This document shows positions 1 to 13,452 of a stretch of 64,000 nt of DNA, one piece after another. The notes beneath the pieces were generated by a model. The model was not told the origin of the DNA and made no database searches. It saw only the letters and a list, made by a program, of their open reading frames with translations. Source of the DNA: Marsupella aquatica (lineage: Eukaryota; Plantae; Marchantiophyta); contig OZ316897.1 of assembly GCA_973895155.1 (NCBI GenBank), positions 2,619,416 through 2,683,415 on the forward strand, written 5' to 3'. Each line of letters starts with the position of its first letter. Positions within the stretch are counted from its first letter, which is position 1. The position numbers and the translations under genes were made by a program.

Positions 1-78
1 AAGAGCCTCCAGCAGAGTTCTTCACGAGGAAACCTGCCCCTCCGTTTCTCGTCGTCCATCTCGCAGGCAGCCCCTCCC

Positions 79-116
79 ATTCAATTCAATTCAATTCAAT
101 TCAGTTCAATTCAATT
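79..116. repeat. (ATTCA)n pentanucleotide microsatellite upstream of glutathione reductase
   Basis: attcaattcaattcaattcaattcagttcaattcaatt, about 7 units. Confidence 0.85.
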
Positions 117-685
117 GAGGGAGTGGGTTGTGAGAGAGCGAGCGTCATTTCCCGGAAGCCGTCGAGGATTGCATTCATTTGTAGAACATTGGACGGGCCC
201 AGCGATTGAGCAGTGGCGGAAAAGTGGAAAAGTGGGAAAGTGGGAAAGAGGATTACGTGGGAGGGCTGATTCTCGTAAGGTGGACCCTGTTGAGACTGCT
301 TGATGAATGTCGGCTTCAGTGGGTAGCGGGGGGATTGATCCGGCAACAGAGGTGGTGTGAGGAGTAGCTCGTCGGTCGACTGTCAGCCTGCAGCGTTTCT
401 GAACAGGGTGGTGGAGGGATCGGGAGAGAAACAGAGACGGGTTGAGGAAGGAAAGGGCAGCGTGGGCATCAGGCGTTCTTACTGCTGTCGTGATCTGCCG
501 AGAGAACAGCGGAGCGGTCTCTGCCATTTTTGTTGCGGGGAAGGGAGGCGACAAGCTCGGAGAGACAGGCAGCACTCGTCGTGGATAGGGCGCTTTGTTT
601 CGGGTGGGTAGAGGCGCGAAGTAGATAACATTTGTATTGAATTGAAGTTAATTGTGGGGAGGGGGAGGGGAGGGAGAGAGATAAC

Positions 686-2167
686 ATGGCTGAGGGGACG
701 AAGAATGGAGGAGAGGCGGCACCCAGCTCGAGCCACGGGTATGAGTACGATCTATTCGTGATCGGAGGGGGCAGTGGAGGCGTGCGGGCGTCGCGGATGT
801 CGGCTAGCTATGGGGCAAAGGTGGCGCTGGTTGAGCTCCCGTTCAACCCGGTGAGCTCAGACACACAGGGGGGCCTGGGAGGCACCTGTGTGCTGCGGGG
901 CTGCGTGCCGAAGAAAATCCTCGTGTATGGGTCCGAATTCAGCCACATGTTCGAGGACTCCAAGGGCTACGGATGGGAAGTTTCCGGCGATATCAAATTC
1001 AATTGGAAGAAGCTCCTCGAGAACAAGACAAGGGAGATCACGAGGCTGAATGGAGTTTACAAAAAAATGCTCCTGGCTGCCAAGGTGGACCTGTTCGAGG
1101 GCCGGGGGAGCCTTGTCAACCGCCATACTGTGGAGGTTGAGCAACCAGATGGCACGAAGAGGACGTTCACGACGAAGCATGTGCTCATCGCCACTGGAGG
1201 GAGGGCAGTGCCATTGAACATTCCAGGGAAGGAGTTGGCGATAACGTCAGACGAGGCTCTGAGCTTGGATGAGTTTCCCAAGAGGGTGGTGATCGTTGGT
1301 GGGGGTTACATTGCAGTGGAGTTTGCAGGCATATACCATGGCATGGGAGCTGAGGTGCACTTGTTCTACCGGAAGGATTTGCCACTCACTGGGTTTGACA
1401 GGGAGTTGCAACAGATTGTGGCAAGGAACCTGGAGGGAAGGGGGATCAAGCTCCACTCCAATGCTAACATAACGAAGCTTGAAAAGCACTATTTGGGTAT
1501 TAGAGCAGAGTCTGACAAAAATGAGGAATTTTTTGTGGATGCTGTGTTGATGGCCACAGGCCGGAAGTGTAACACCAAGGGGCTTAATCTTGAGGCTGCT
1601 GGTGTGGAGCTCAATCCCAAGGGGGCTGTGGTAGTGAATGAATACTCCCAAACTACAGTAGCCAACATCTGGGCTGTGGGTGATGTGACCGACAGGATCA
1701 ATCTCACTCCAGTGGCTTTGATGGAGGGCACTGCATTTGCAAAGACAGTATTCGCTGAGAAACCCACCAAGCCTGATTACATCAACGTGGCTTCTGCGGT
1801 GTTTTGTCAACCTACCCTTTCTGTTGTTGGATTGTCAGAGGAGGAGGCAATCAACAGCGCTAAGAATGATATTCTGGTGTTCACTTCGTCTTTCAACCCT
1901 ATGAAGAACACGGTATCAGGGCGGCAGGAGAAGACTTTCATTAAGCTTATTGTAGACGCAGTGTCAGACAAGGTTTTGGGAGCGGGAATGTGTGGTCCAG
2001 ATGCTGCAGAGATAATCCAAGGCGTGGCCATCGCTTTGAAATGTGGGGCAACGAAAGCACAGTTTGATGCAACCGTGGGTATCCATCCAACAACGGCTGA
2101 AGAGCTCGTTACAATGCGCAGTGCCACTAGGCGTGTGACATCACAGGGTGAAGTGAAAGAACCCTGA
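686..2167 (+). CDS. GR1: Glutathione reductase, cytosolic type, single-exon CDS (493 aa)
   Basis: [18 protein letters not shown]-binding motif, redox-active [18 protein letters not shown]-binding GGGYIAVE, C-terminal GIHPTTAEE; no transit peptide. Confidence 0.95.
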   Translation: MAEGTKNGGEAAPSSSHGYEYDLFVIGGGSGGVRASRMSASYGAKVALVELPFNPVSSDTQGGLGGTCVLRGCVPKKILVYGSEFSHMFEDSKGYGWEVSGDIKFNWKKLLENKTREITRLNGVYKKMLLAAKVDLFEGRGSLVNRHTVEVEQPDGTKRTFTTKHVLIATGGRAVPLNIPGKELAITSDEALSLDEFPKRVVIVGGGYIAVEFAGIYHGMGAEVHLFYRKDLPLTGFDRELQQIVARNLEGRGIKLHSNANITKLEKHYLGIRAESDKNEEFFVDAVLMATGRKCNTKGLNLEAAGVELNPKGAVVVNEYSQTTVANIWAVGDVTDRINLTPVALMEGTAFAKTVFAEKPTKPDYINVASAVFCQPTLSVVGLSEEEAINSAKNDILVFTSSFNPMKNTVSGRQEKTFIKLIVDAVSDKVLGAGMCGPDAAEIIQGVAIALKCGATKAQFDATVGIHPTTAEELVTMRSATRRVTSQGEVKEP

Positions 2168-5100
2168 ACATGCTGCTTGTTATCAGTCTTGACGTTGGAG
2201 GCTCTAGAAGTGCAATTTTGCACCAACTTGTAGAGGTAGTAGTTGCTGCAACCTTGAAAGTCCGTCGAGTGCTGTGGATTTTCGAGTTTTAATTCTTGTG
2301 TCGATGGGGACAAACTCTGGAAAACATTGATCTAGTCAAAAAGTAGTTCTGGAGTGGAACGTGAGGCAAGGTCGAGGGCTCCTTCAGTAACCTAGTGTGC
2401 GCAGGAGTGGTTTTATCTAAGAACCATGTCAAAATTGATTTCATTTCGGAAGATATATTGTTGATGAGTACCATTTGTGACTCCTGTAAATTTTACAAGC
2501 AATTTGACATATCTTCCAACTCAGTCTATTCGCTTAGGGCATAGATAGGCTGCTTCATTTGAAAGTTCGTGCACCGCAGAACGGGATACTAAATGCTGCA
2601 GATGAAAAGCTTTTCCACTTCTATATCAAAATAGTACGTGGAACAACACTATATCCCAGTTATTGTTTAAGAATTTTTTCCGGAATGGGGTATCCTTGAA
2701 CCTATTCTACATTCGTTGGTAAAGGCCTCATAAGCCGATGTTCCGTCCTGGTGTGCGATTTCTGTCAGTGTCTGTGCGAGATTTTAAAGATAGTGTCACG
2801 GCCAACAACAAATTTCAAAGTAGTGTCTTATGCACCTGGTCGATCACTGAAGGTGCAGTGTATAATCCGAATGGAAGCGTAGACAAAAAAGTTCTGGAAG
2901 GAAGATGTGATCAAGGGGCTTCAAGACGACTAGGAGTACCATCCAACGATACTACTGTAGGTGACTTGCCAAGACCCTCGACAGGGCTGGGTAAAATTGA
3001 AGAACCCAATGCTTCGCTTGGAGCTAGGTTTTTGACAACACAATTTGCAGGAGCATGACAAGTGTCTGGTGCTTCTAGCTGCTTTCTAATTTCTTAAGAT
3101 GCAAGCAAGAGCTCCGCGTCTATCAGATAACCCGGCCGTTGTCGTGTGTGAGCCTTTTAGGGTGGAATGGGTGCTTTCATAAGGTGCTGACCTTTGTTAC
3201 AACTTGATAGGGTTTGATTGGTTTTGTCCTCATTAGAATGTTATCCATTTGTCTTAACATTTGAATTACTGCATAGCAACTGAGTCTTCATTGAGTGAGT
3301 TCAGAAGGTATGCCGGGACCAGTGTGTGGGGTTCGACAGTCGTTCTGGGCTATGGATCATTTAAAACCCCAACCAGAGTGCACACTCGTTTCTTCCATCT
3401 TTATTGCTCCACCGTATTCTTGTCTTTCTTGTGTTGCTCTGTTTCTCTTTGACTTCGACCATCCAAATGGGAACTGACTATTTTCTTTCCGTCCATAGGT
3501 CGTTGTGGGAATTGGAGGCCAAGTACTCTATAGGCGTTTTACATGTTGCCGCATATGAGACGATGTTGTTGTGGCTGTTGGAGGTGAGGGTTTCTCCTGT
3601 TAGGCGTTCCCCGCTGACTGTTTTCATTAGCAATCGATTTATGGAGAGGACAAATTCGATGTACATCCTTCGAATTTGGATAGAGTACGTACATGGATGG
3701 AACTCTTCATGACATACTGGTTGCTCTTACCAAAGTGTTCGTGAACTGAATTATCTGTAGATCTTTCTGGTACCAACGATGACATGTTTTCGTTAGGTAG
3801 ATCTTGTCAAGAAAGCCAGTATGAAATTTTTCTAAGCGAATCGTACTGAAAGGATCGTTTCATTCTTCACAGAGCCCTACAGTAGTTATCTTTTCTCTGT
3901 CAAAATTAGACATGTCAAGTTTATGGCTTTTTGGACCATTTCCCACAAAGGCCACTCTATGCAGGTCGTGTTGTTGTGTGCACCTGCTTGGGGAAATGGC
4001 CAGTACACTGGTGGTAGATTGTTGATAGATGAGTGGCTTTCAGGATGCTAAAATTGTGGTGTGGGACAGGTTTCACACTGACATGATCATGAGAATCCAC
4101 AGTGCCTCCACGACCCTGTTATAAATTGTTCGTTGACGTATTACCCTGCTAATGTACTTCCTGGGAGCCAGGGATTGAATTAGAACTCGCATCGCATTTT
4201 AGATGCAACTCATTGATTGATGGTAGAATATATGGCCCCAGGCTATCAACCATGTATTGGAGGATCAAGAAAGAAAGTCATGTGTTGAGGTGTAATGAAT
4301 TAGGATTCCCCTTTAGATTAGTCCCAGATCAACAATATGTCTGAGATATGACCCTTTGCCGAAATTTAGATGAAAAGCAGTCCATCTAAGTGCTACTCAT
4401 GAAGAGAGGTTACATTTCAGTAATTCACAAGTGGGCCAGAGCCCCTTGTTAGATTTTCTGTAACTTAAGACGATGAATCACAAGTAAAACTTACAAGATG
4501 AATCTACTTGTGTCCTACCAGTGCAGTATTTTGCTCCTATCCATCTAGGGCGGGGCTAATGTATTTATGTGTCACAGACACTCGTAGTAGTTGTAGAACT
4601 TATTTGAAGAAAACAATGATATAAACCTGAGGTTTTTCTCGTGGGCTTGTATTATGTGTCACATACGCTTGTATTAGAAGTAAAATTTATGAAAAGTTCT
4701 ATGACCAATGCTGTGTGATCACAATAAACAGAACAATACTATTTGTGACAACACTCTCCATACTAATGTTTGGGCCATTGTTTGGGACCCATCACAATAC
4801 AATACCAACTGAAGTGCAAAATGCACAATGACTTCTTCCATGCAAAAGTACCCTACTCCCATGTGTCAGTACATTGCACAAAGACTGTTTTCCATGAAAT
4901 AGTAATCCGATGCGTCAGTACATTGCATGAAGACTACTTCCATGAAAAAGTACAGTACTCACATCTGTCAATACTTTGCACACAACTCTTCCATTCAATA
5001 CAAAGACTTCTTCGATGAAACTATACTACCATGTGTCAGTATTTTGATTTTACCCATGTACTCTATTGGCAAAGACTTCTTCCATGAAACAATACTACCA

Positions 5101-5222
5101 TGTGTCAGTATTTTGATTGTACCCCATGTAGGCCATTGACAATATGGATGCACATTAATGCATAACTGTTACAATCCAATATATAACCAATAAGGACTTT
5201 ACAAGACGTCGGGGGCGCTTGG

Positions 5223-5566
5223 TGTTGAGTATAGACGACATTCGTAACAGCAAGCCCATGAACCATCCAATGCACAATAGTCGACACAGAAAGATACATG
5301 GTTCACCTCCACATGAGGCTACGTCCACGGGAACACACAAGAGCTTTACTGCACTCTAGACCGACCGGCCATACCAAACATCCACAGCACAAGCTCTCCC
5401 TATCTCTCAACTAGCTCCGTAACAATGAGCCTAAGTTCCACCAGGGTCTGGCATTAGCCCTGGCTATATGCACACCAGCACTACCGCTAACATTAGCTAA
5501 GTCCTAACCCGAGTTAGACTAACTGTGGTTAGCTCATGAGTCACAAGACTAGAGCAATATCTAACA
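5223..5566 (-). repeat. 3' LTR of copia copy 1 (344 bp)
   Basis: Reverse complement of the LTR at 24514-24857; polypurine tract AAGGGGGA at about 5570-5577 on the minus strand. Confidence 0.93.
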
Positions 5567-5779
5567 AACTCCCCCTTGACTCTTGTCTTGGGGATTGGAC
5601 TAATTGCTACCATATGGAATCCTCAGTGGGAAGTTCTAGACAATCACCAAACCAGGTCTCCCCCTAAAAACCACAAGGGTTAACTAAGGGTTAACTAGAA
5701 CTAAGCCGTAGCCAAACAGGAATGAGTAATCCATATACAAATAATCACACATTGCTAAATGACTCTACTTGCACTACAA

Positions 5780-8480
5780 CTGCAAAACTTGCAAAGTAAC
5801 ACGGTGTCTTGAGAAACTCTCCAAAAGAATCACTTTGGTAAAGGCATTAGCGGATTGAGCTTTCCATCAATCTTGACTAGCTCAAAAGTTTTATTAGACA
5901 CTGCTTGTCTGATAAAATGATACCTGATATCAATGTGCTTCACCCTGCTATCCATCACCTGGAGCAGCCAAGTGAAGATCACTCTGACTATCATAGTTTA
6001 GAGTCATTTTGCCATGCTCTAAACCCATCTCTGCGATCAACTTATCCAACCAAATTGCTTCCTTTGTTGTTGCTGCTGCTGCAACATACTCTGCTTCTGT
6101 AGTAGACTGAGATATACACTTTTGCAAGGTAGATTTCCAACTGATACATCCTTTTCCAAGAGTTAAAAAAAACCCAATTTTAGACCTCCTTGTATCCAGA
6201 CATCCTCCATAGTCAGAATCTACATAGCCAACTAACGTTCTATCTGAACTGTTATCAAATAGTAATCCATAGTCTTGTGTACCCTTGAGATACCTGATAA
6301 TCCATTTCACAGCTTCCCAATGTACCTTCCTTGGATTTGACATGAATCTGCTAACCTTGCCCATCGCTAGGGCCAAGTCAGGCCTAATACAAGTCATCAA
6401 ATACATCAGACTGCCTACTGCCTTCTCATAAAGAATCTTAGCCATCAAACTTTTCTCCATAGCATCCGTAGGAGAGAAAGCCGATGATAACTTGAAATGT
6501 GAAGCTAAAGGAATACTCACTGGCTTACAGTTCTCCATGTTGAATCGTGCAAGTACTTTCCTCGCATAGTGGCCTTGACTCAAGCACAACTGTCCAGTCT
6601 TAGAGTTCCTAAAAATCTCCATCCCTAAGATCCTCTTGGCCTTACCAAGATCCTTCATCCTAAATTCGGCACTCAATTTCGCCTTGAGACTGTCAACCTC
6701 AGATTGATCTTTAGCCATAATTAGCATGTCATCCACATAGATCACCAGAATGATGAAACCAAATACATCATTCTTGACTGATTTCGTATACACACAAGGA
6801 TCATACACCATCCTTGTAAAACCTTGAGCAAGCATAAAATCATCAAATCGCTTGTTCCACTATCTGGGAGACTGCTTCAATCCATACAAGGATTTGAGCA
6901 ATCTGCAAACTAAGTTATCTTGGCCCTTCTTCATAAAGCCTAGTGGCTGCCTCATGAAGATCAACTCTTCCAAGTTGCCATAGAGAAAAACAGTAACAAC
7001 ATCCATCTGATCTATCACCAGACCAAAAAACATAACAAGCTGACACAAGATCCGAATTGTGGAATACTTAGCCATCGGTGAAAAGACCTCATTGTAATCC
7101 ACTCCTTTCTCTTGAGTGAATCCTTTGGCAACAAGCCTTGCCTTGTACATCTTATCTCCACCCTCTGAAGGATTGTCCTTCAACTTGTAAGTCCACTTGT
7201 TGTCCACCATTTGCTGACCTCTTGGAAGCTCCACCAGCTCCCATGTCTTATTATCACTCAAAGATTGCAACTCCCTCTGCATTGCTGCATTCCACTCATG
7301 CTTCTGCTCTGAAGCACAAGCCTCATTGTATGAAGAAGGTTCTTCTTCTTCCAAGATCAAAGCCATGTCATCATCATCAGGTGCAATGTCAATATCATCT
7401 AGCTGAGATGAGTCTGCCCATTGACCATACCTGGTAGGAGCTCTAGTAGAACGATTGGAAGTTCTTCTAGTAGATGACTTAGGCTGATCTGCTGCTGCTG
7501 CTGGTTGAATTTGAGGTACCCCAGCAACAATCTGCTCCTCTTGTTCCATCACAGGAACCAGCTCCAAGCTCGAAGCTTCTCTATCTCTCTTGTCATGAAC
7601 ACCATCATGACTAATCTCCCCCTCAACCCGGTCCGAGATGGGAGATTTCCCCTTGTCAATATGGGAGTCCTGAGAACTCTCCCCCTCCTTTGATGATCTG
7701 GATTAATTAAAGGACACATCTCTACTAACAATTAGCTTACAGGTTACTGGATCCCATAACCTATAACCCTTCACACCTTTTTGATAGCCAAGGAAAATGC
7801 ACTTCTTCGACTTGGACTCCAGCTTGGATCGAAGTTGGGAAGATGTAAGCACATAAGCATCACATCCAAAAATCCTCAGATGTGAGTAATCTGTTGGACG
7901 CCCGTACCTCATTTCAAATGGCATCTTGAATCCAATAGAACTGGATGGAGAAAAATTTACCAAATAAGGTGCAGTGTTGATAGCTTCAGCCCAAAACTCA
8001 TGTGGTAAGCATGATTGACTCAACATAATCCTCGAGCGGTCCAATAGTGTTCGGTTGAGTCTCTCAGAAACACCATTCTGCTGAGGAGTATAACTTGTTG
8101 TGAGATGGCGGGTAATCCCCTGCTCCTTACAATATGTTCCAAATTCCTTGGAACTGTATTCACCGCCGTTATCCGATCGAAGATATCCCACCTTGTTACC
8201 AGTCTGATTCTCAACTTGGGCTTTCCATTCCTTAAAAGTGGCAAAAACATCAGACTTACTGTGTAGAAAGTAGATCCACACATACCTTGAGTAATCGTCT
8301 TGTGACATAGTAAAACCATCCAGAATGTGAGGGAGTAGGGGCTGGACCCCACACATCACTATGTACATACTCAAGTACCTCCTTGCTGGTGAGTTCCAAC
8401 TCCGAAAGGTTTCCTGTGCTGCTTCCCAAGCACACAGTGCTCACAAAATTTCAACTTACAAGACTGCAAATTAGAAAGTA
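5780..8480 (-). pseudogene. Copia pol remnant (GAG-pre-integrase end, integrase, RT, RNase H) with stops and frameshifts
   Basis: VHSDVWGP, LRSDNGGEY, TPQQNGVSER, YKARLVAKGF, LYGLKQSPR, YVDDML, DSDYGG, STTEAEY motifs in fragmented ORFs; lower boundary approximate. Confidence 0.92.
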
Positions 8481-8491
8481 CACAGGAACAC

Positions 8492-8736
8492 ACGTCCACG
8501 GGAACACACAAGAGCTTTACTGTACTCTAGACCGACCGGCCATACCAAGCATCCACAGCACAAGCTCTCCCTATCTCTCAACTAGCTCCGTAACAATGAG
8601 CCTAAGTTCCACTAGGGTCTGGCATCAGCCCTGGCTATATGCACACCAGCACTACGCTAACATTAGCTAAATCCTAACCCGAGTTAGACTAACTATGGTT
8701 AGCTCATGAGTCACAAGACTAGAGCAATATCTAACA
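8492..8736 (-). repeat. Truncated 5' LTR of copia copy 1
   Basis: Matches 5322-5566 and is joined directly to pol sequence. Confidence 0.9.
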
Positions 8737-10016
8737 CTTGGGAGTTTTATTTACCAAAGCAAACTGGAGGGCCATTGCACACACTAAATATAGTGTCCCG
8801 GGTCTAAAAGCATTTTTTGAATCCTTTTATTGCCCCCAAGGTCTTGTAAAGCCAAGTGCAGCCAATGGTGCCAGATTAATTGACTAAAAGACATATTGAG
8901 GACCCACTCCACCTAAATGTCACATAATCTTTGCCTAAAGTTTTTGTAAATGTGAGAAGAGCATATCTTATGAAGGACTTGTGGGTCCCTTTTTAATGCA
9001 AATGACTTAAAATAGAAATGGACCAAGCGGCCAGAAGAAGAGACCACCAAGAGAGGTGGTCTAAATCTAGGATAAAAGAGTGCTCCATATAAGCAAAAAT
9101 TGGGCCCCACTGCATTCCATATAGGATTGGTATCAGGTTCGGTTGAAAGTGCCCCCAACGTTTTGTAAAGTTAACAGCAGCAGTTTCTCTCAAATGGATG
9201 GCTCTGATCAGATCTTGGAAACAAAAACAATGTGGAAACTGCCCCCAACCTCTTGTAAAGCCACCCTAAGACCAGGGAGGCTGCTGTCAGTGGCCATTGC
9301 CTGACCCTGATGTTGGTATAAATACAAGCTGCAAATATTGACAATATAGATGCACATGAATGCAAAGACTATTATACCACACATAATCCAGTATGACTAG
9401 GGAGGCCGCCTTGGCCATTGCCCTGACTCTGATGTGGATATAAGTGCAAGGTGCAAATAGGGCAATGTAAAGCAAATGCTGGGTCACTGGTAGAATAGTA
9501 GAGTGTGGTCAGGCAAGTGTGATGTCCAAATCTGGTAAACCCAAACCTTATTCTGACACAAACCCCACTAGGTGTGATGTTCAAATCTGTAAACCCAAAT
9601 TTTATATTGACACAAACTTCACCCAAAAATGGGGTTCATTAAGTGACACTTGGAAGAATTCAACGTTGCTCACTTGTTGAGGGTTCTTCTAAGGTTGCTC
9701 ACTTGTAGAGGGAGGCAGGCAGTGAAGTGAGTGTGCAAGTCTCATTAACAAGCCTCACCAATATTATCCTTTGGGTGTGAATGTACTTTACATATATTAA
9801 TGCGCCTCACCAATATTATCCTTTGGGCGTGAATGTACTTTGCACAAAGACTTCATCAACATATGACATCTATGGTGTGCTCATAGCTCCATACCATGAT
9901 AAAAGTAGTTATTTTCTTTAGATCAGTGAGTGCACACTTCCATACTCCATACCATGATAAATGTCGTTATTTTCTTTAAATCAGTGAGTGCACACTTCCA
10001 TACCATGATAAACATA

Positions 10017-10397
10017 CACTGTTCACCGTAATGAATGTTATGCAAGAATTAGTGTTAGTACAAAATTAGTAAAAATGATTTTGAGTCCAAGCAACACTAA
10101 TTTTTGTCGGTTTTCAAAACAATTTTTTTCCACTTTAGCTTAAATTGCTTGTAAAAAATGAAAGATCCTGAAAGTAACACTAATTGTTGTGTATTTTTAG
10201 AAATAGTTTTTTTTTCTCTTTTTTCCACTCGTAAGACCACAGTAATACTAATTCATGTGCGCAAAAGTAGACCCTGAAAATGGACGCTTTTGAATTAGTG
10301 TTAGTATTTCAAATTAGTGTTAATCACACTAATAGTGATGAGAATTAGTGTTAGTATTTCAAATTAGTGTTAATCACACTAATAGTGATGAAGAGTG
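10017..10397. mobile_element. Putative MITE-like insertion with short TIRs (CACTGTTCA...TGAAGAGTG) flanked by TA
   Basis: Interrupts the third unit of a local ccatgataa...ttattttcttta repeat; internal AATTAGTGTT/AACACTAATT repeats and a 50-bp tandem duplication. Confidence 0.4.
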
Positions 10398-10627
10398 TAA
10401 TTATTTTCTTTAAATGAGGGCAGACCAAATATTATAGCATTTTTACATTCTTTCCATGAACAATATAGTACTCCCATTTGGCCGTCAGTACAATAGTTTG
10501 CAAGGGGAGAGTTTCGTAACATTGTAATGGTTAATTGGATATCCCTCCTATCGAAACGTGTTTTCTATTGCAGTAACTTAGGGTCCTATCGAGTGTAAAT
10601 AAAAATTAGCTTGTCCCAAGACAATAC

Positions 10628-10708
10628 TGTCAACAGTGGGATTCGAACCCACGCCCTTTCGGACCAGTACCTGAAACTGGCGCCTTAGACCAACTCGGCC
10701 ATATTGAC
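10628..10708 (-). tRNA. tRNA-Leu, anticodon CAG
   Basis: GTCAATATGGCCGAGTTGGTCTAAGGCG-CCAGT TTCAGGT ACTGG-variable arm-GGTTCGAATCCC; 7-bp acceptor stem; T-run about 20 nt downstream. Confidence 0.96.
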
Positions 10709-11417
10709 TAGTTGACAGGTTTCACTTTGTAGCAGAATTTATTACGAATGTCAGAGGAAACAGAAAACTTAATAAAGCCGAACATAAGTGCTCTTTTCAA
10801 AGAGAAATGGATGAACAACGTCTTGGAGCTCTTTAGGCGGCACAGTCTTGTAGCTGAATAGTCAAAGCTTGGCCTAATTATATGTACCCCACCAACAGTG
10901 TTATCTCTGGTGATTCATATGGATTGGAGTTATAATAGGGAATTCCATTCAATGAGAGCACAGTCCGGTCAGCTTCTATGACCTTGATTTCAAATAAGCA
11001 AATACTGAACAAAGGAACCAAGGAAGTGGACATGGAGGCATTTGGCTGCATGACCTCACTGTCATGTACTCTCCTGTTGGTATCCCTGCCGACTGGAATA
11101 TGCTGAAGGGCCTATTTCCAAATTGACTACTTCTTTATTCTTCCACTGGAGGGAGCAAGGTGGGACCTCTCATCCATCCACTTTAGTTGTAAGAGTTGTG
11201 GCCTGCTGAGGCCAGCCGGATCCTTGGACCTTAGTTTATGGGTACCTCACATGTTGTGAAAGTAAAGTCCGCCCGCTTTTAACCAGCCTTCAGCTTGTGC
11301 AAGGCTTGCCTGAAATGATGTTCTGTCCTGGCCATGCTATCAAGCCTCGTCTAAGGATGAGCATGTGTTGTGACACCTATGTGAAGAGGACTCTCCATTT
11401 CCTTGCCAGCTTTATCG

Positions 11418-13417
11418 TTATCGAGGCCGAAGGGTTCTCTGCAAAATTAATTTGTGAACCAAAACATAAATTTTTGTCAGGCATTCAGTTTACCCAACTA
11501 TGGTGAAGGTAAGACGTTAATGAGCTTCCTGTGAATTTAGCGAAGGTTTTACCACGGGCAGCTGTGTTTTTGACCTTGACAGCTGATGCAGGAGCAACAA
11601 ATGGGGTTGGTCTACTGCTTACATTCCAAATGATACATAGTTGAACCACAAATGGAAGAGAATGGACATATACCCGTGGTCGATCACTTGCACCAAGTTG
11701 CGACTCTTCTTGTGTTTGACTTGGTGCCACCATTTCTTCACTATCGTGCTTATAGAAGCTCTGTAGAGCTTTCACAAAGAATGAGCGGATCAAGTTGACC
11801 TCCATTGCAGACAAGTTTTTCAGCTGCAAGAACGTAACCGTGATGAGAATAGTGCTCAGCAGAGAGAGAGGGTATGAGTTGAACATGATATTTCAAATTT
11901 GAAGAAACGAAGCTTACTTTGACGGCATGTTGTCTCCCTTTGAGAGTCTGTAATCCGGCCTGAACTTTATGGAATCTCACATTCTTGACGTCCTCTATGA
12001 GAGATTGTACCTGCACTCCAACTTCCAATCTCAGAGCTGCAGGCATTGACTGTTCAATTTAAAAGGCAAGAGGAGCTAAAATTTAAAAGGCGAGAGGAGC
12101 TAAAAACTAAACAAAGTTATGGATAAGCATACTAAGGGTGCATCCTTGTAACAATTCAATGGTATACAAAACACAAATGGAAGAGAAGACATTCACATAT
12201 TGCCGTCCAAAGTGCACATCTTCCAGAACCCATAGATGAAAAAAGAGATCAGATACTAAAGATTGGGGCCTACTGACCAGATAGACATCGGTTATATCGT
12301 CCCTCGCACTGATGGGATGGTTTAAAGAAGTACAGAATCAACCGCAAAATTGTCAGGCTCTGAGAATATTCCACTTGGATTCCAAGAAGAAATCAAATCG
12401 ACCATTTCACTGCAAACAATAACCGAAGTCCATGACAATCTCAAATCTAAGACACAGAAACGGGCAGGAGATCAAATGACCTCAAATAAATAGTAAACAG
12501 CCTAACTTCGTAGTCAAAGAATGAGTACGCATACTTGTCCAAAAGAAGCCTGGAGATTTCCACGTAGTGAAAAGGTAATGGTGAGAATTCCACTGGTGAC
12601 TCTCTCTCTGCTTCCAAGACCTGAGTTAATTTCTCTGCACGGTTCACACAGACAAATGGGTCCCGAATGAAGCTAGAAAGCACGGGACTCCAAAACTTGA
12701 ATGGTTCATTGTGTTGGGAATGGGTGTAAGTGATGGGGTGTGCGGCCAGCTTACCAACGCTCATCCAGTCAGGAGGTCGCAATGTACATTTGCTGCGCTT
12801 CTTCATTGCAATGGCGAGCCATAGAGGAACCTCAGTCGGTACTTGGGGGCGGAATGGGCCAAAATCTCCCTGCTTCCACAAGAAGAACCACCATCAGAGG
12901 AATCCAGAACAAACCAGGAGACTGCAAAAGGGCTCAGGGAGTAATTTGGGTGTCCCGATGCCATGACCTTAAATTCCAAATTGGATGGTTCTCAAAGAGA
13001 CTTACGCATATCATATGCAACGAATCCATCCGAACATTCGGAATAATCTCCACCATATCATCCTCAGCCAAAAATTCGACCTGGCACATAACGAATCCAT
13101 CCCCGGAATGAAACCACATCAAAGAAAAACCCAATAGTCCACCCAATTCTTCTCAAATAAAATCCCTCAATGACATGATTGCTACATGAAGTAGAGCGAC
13201 TGACAATTGAGTGCATCCACACAAAGACGGACTGTCGTCGGCCCGGTGACCTTGAATTTAGATGGGAGGAAATCTTAGAGCAGCAAAGCCATCCAGACTC
13301 TCGGCCCAAGTGAGTAAATAACTCAATCGGCTCCGGCAACCCCATATACAGTCACAGGTATTTACTCACCTCTCCTGCAGAGAAGACAGACGCATTCGAA
13401 GCAGTTTGTCCGGCCAT
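11418..13417 (-). CDS. PSF2: GINS complex subunit PSF2; 8 exons (13417-13370, 13080-13006, 12869-12755, 12634-12535, 12308-12278, 12010-11918, 11823-11674, 11438-11418)
   Basis: [77 protein letters not shown]; GT-AG introns at each junction. Confidence 0.9.
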
Positions 13418-13452
13418 TCTCAAACCCAACCCACTCGCAGGAAATCAGACCA

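Larger units (their letters stand above)
5223..8736 (-). mobile_element. Ty1/copia LTR retrotransposon copy 1, internally deleted (no gag, protease or PBS)
   Basis: TG...CA termini, TSD CTTGG (5218-5222 and 8737-8741), integrase-RT-RNase H order on the minus strand, PPT next to the 3' LTR. Confidence 0.95.

Noticed and set aside
2738-3712. Short ORFs downstream of GR
   Set aside because: No recognisable motifs or consistent exon structure.
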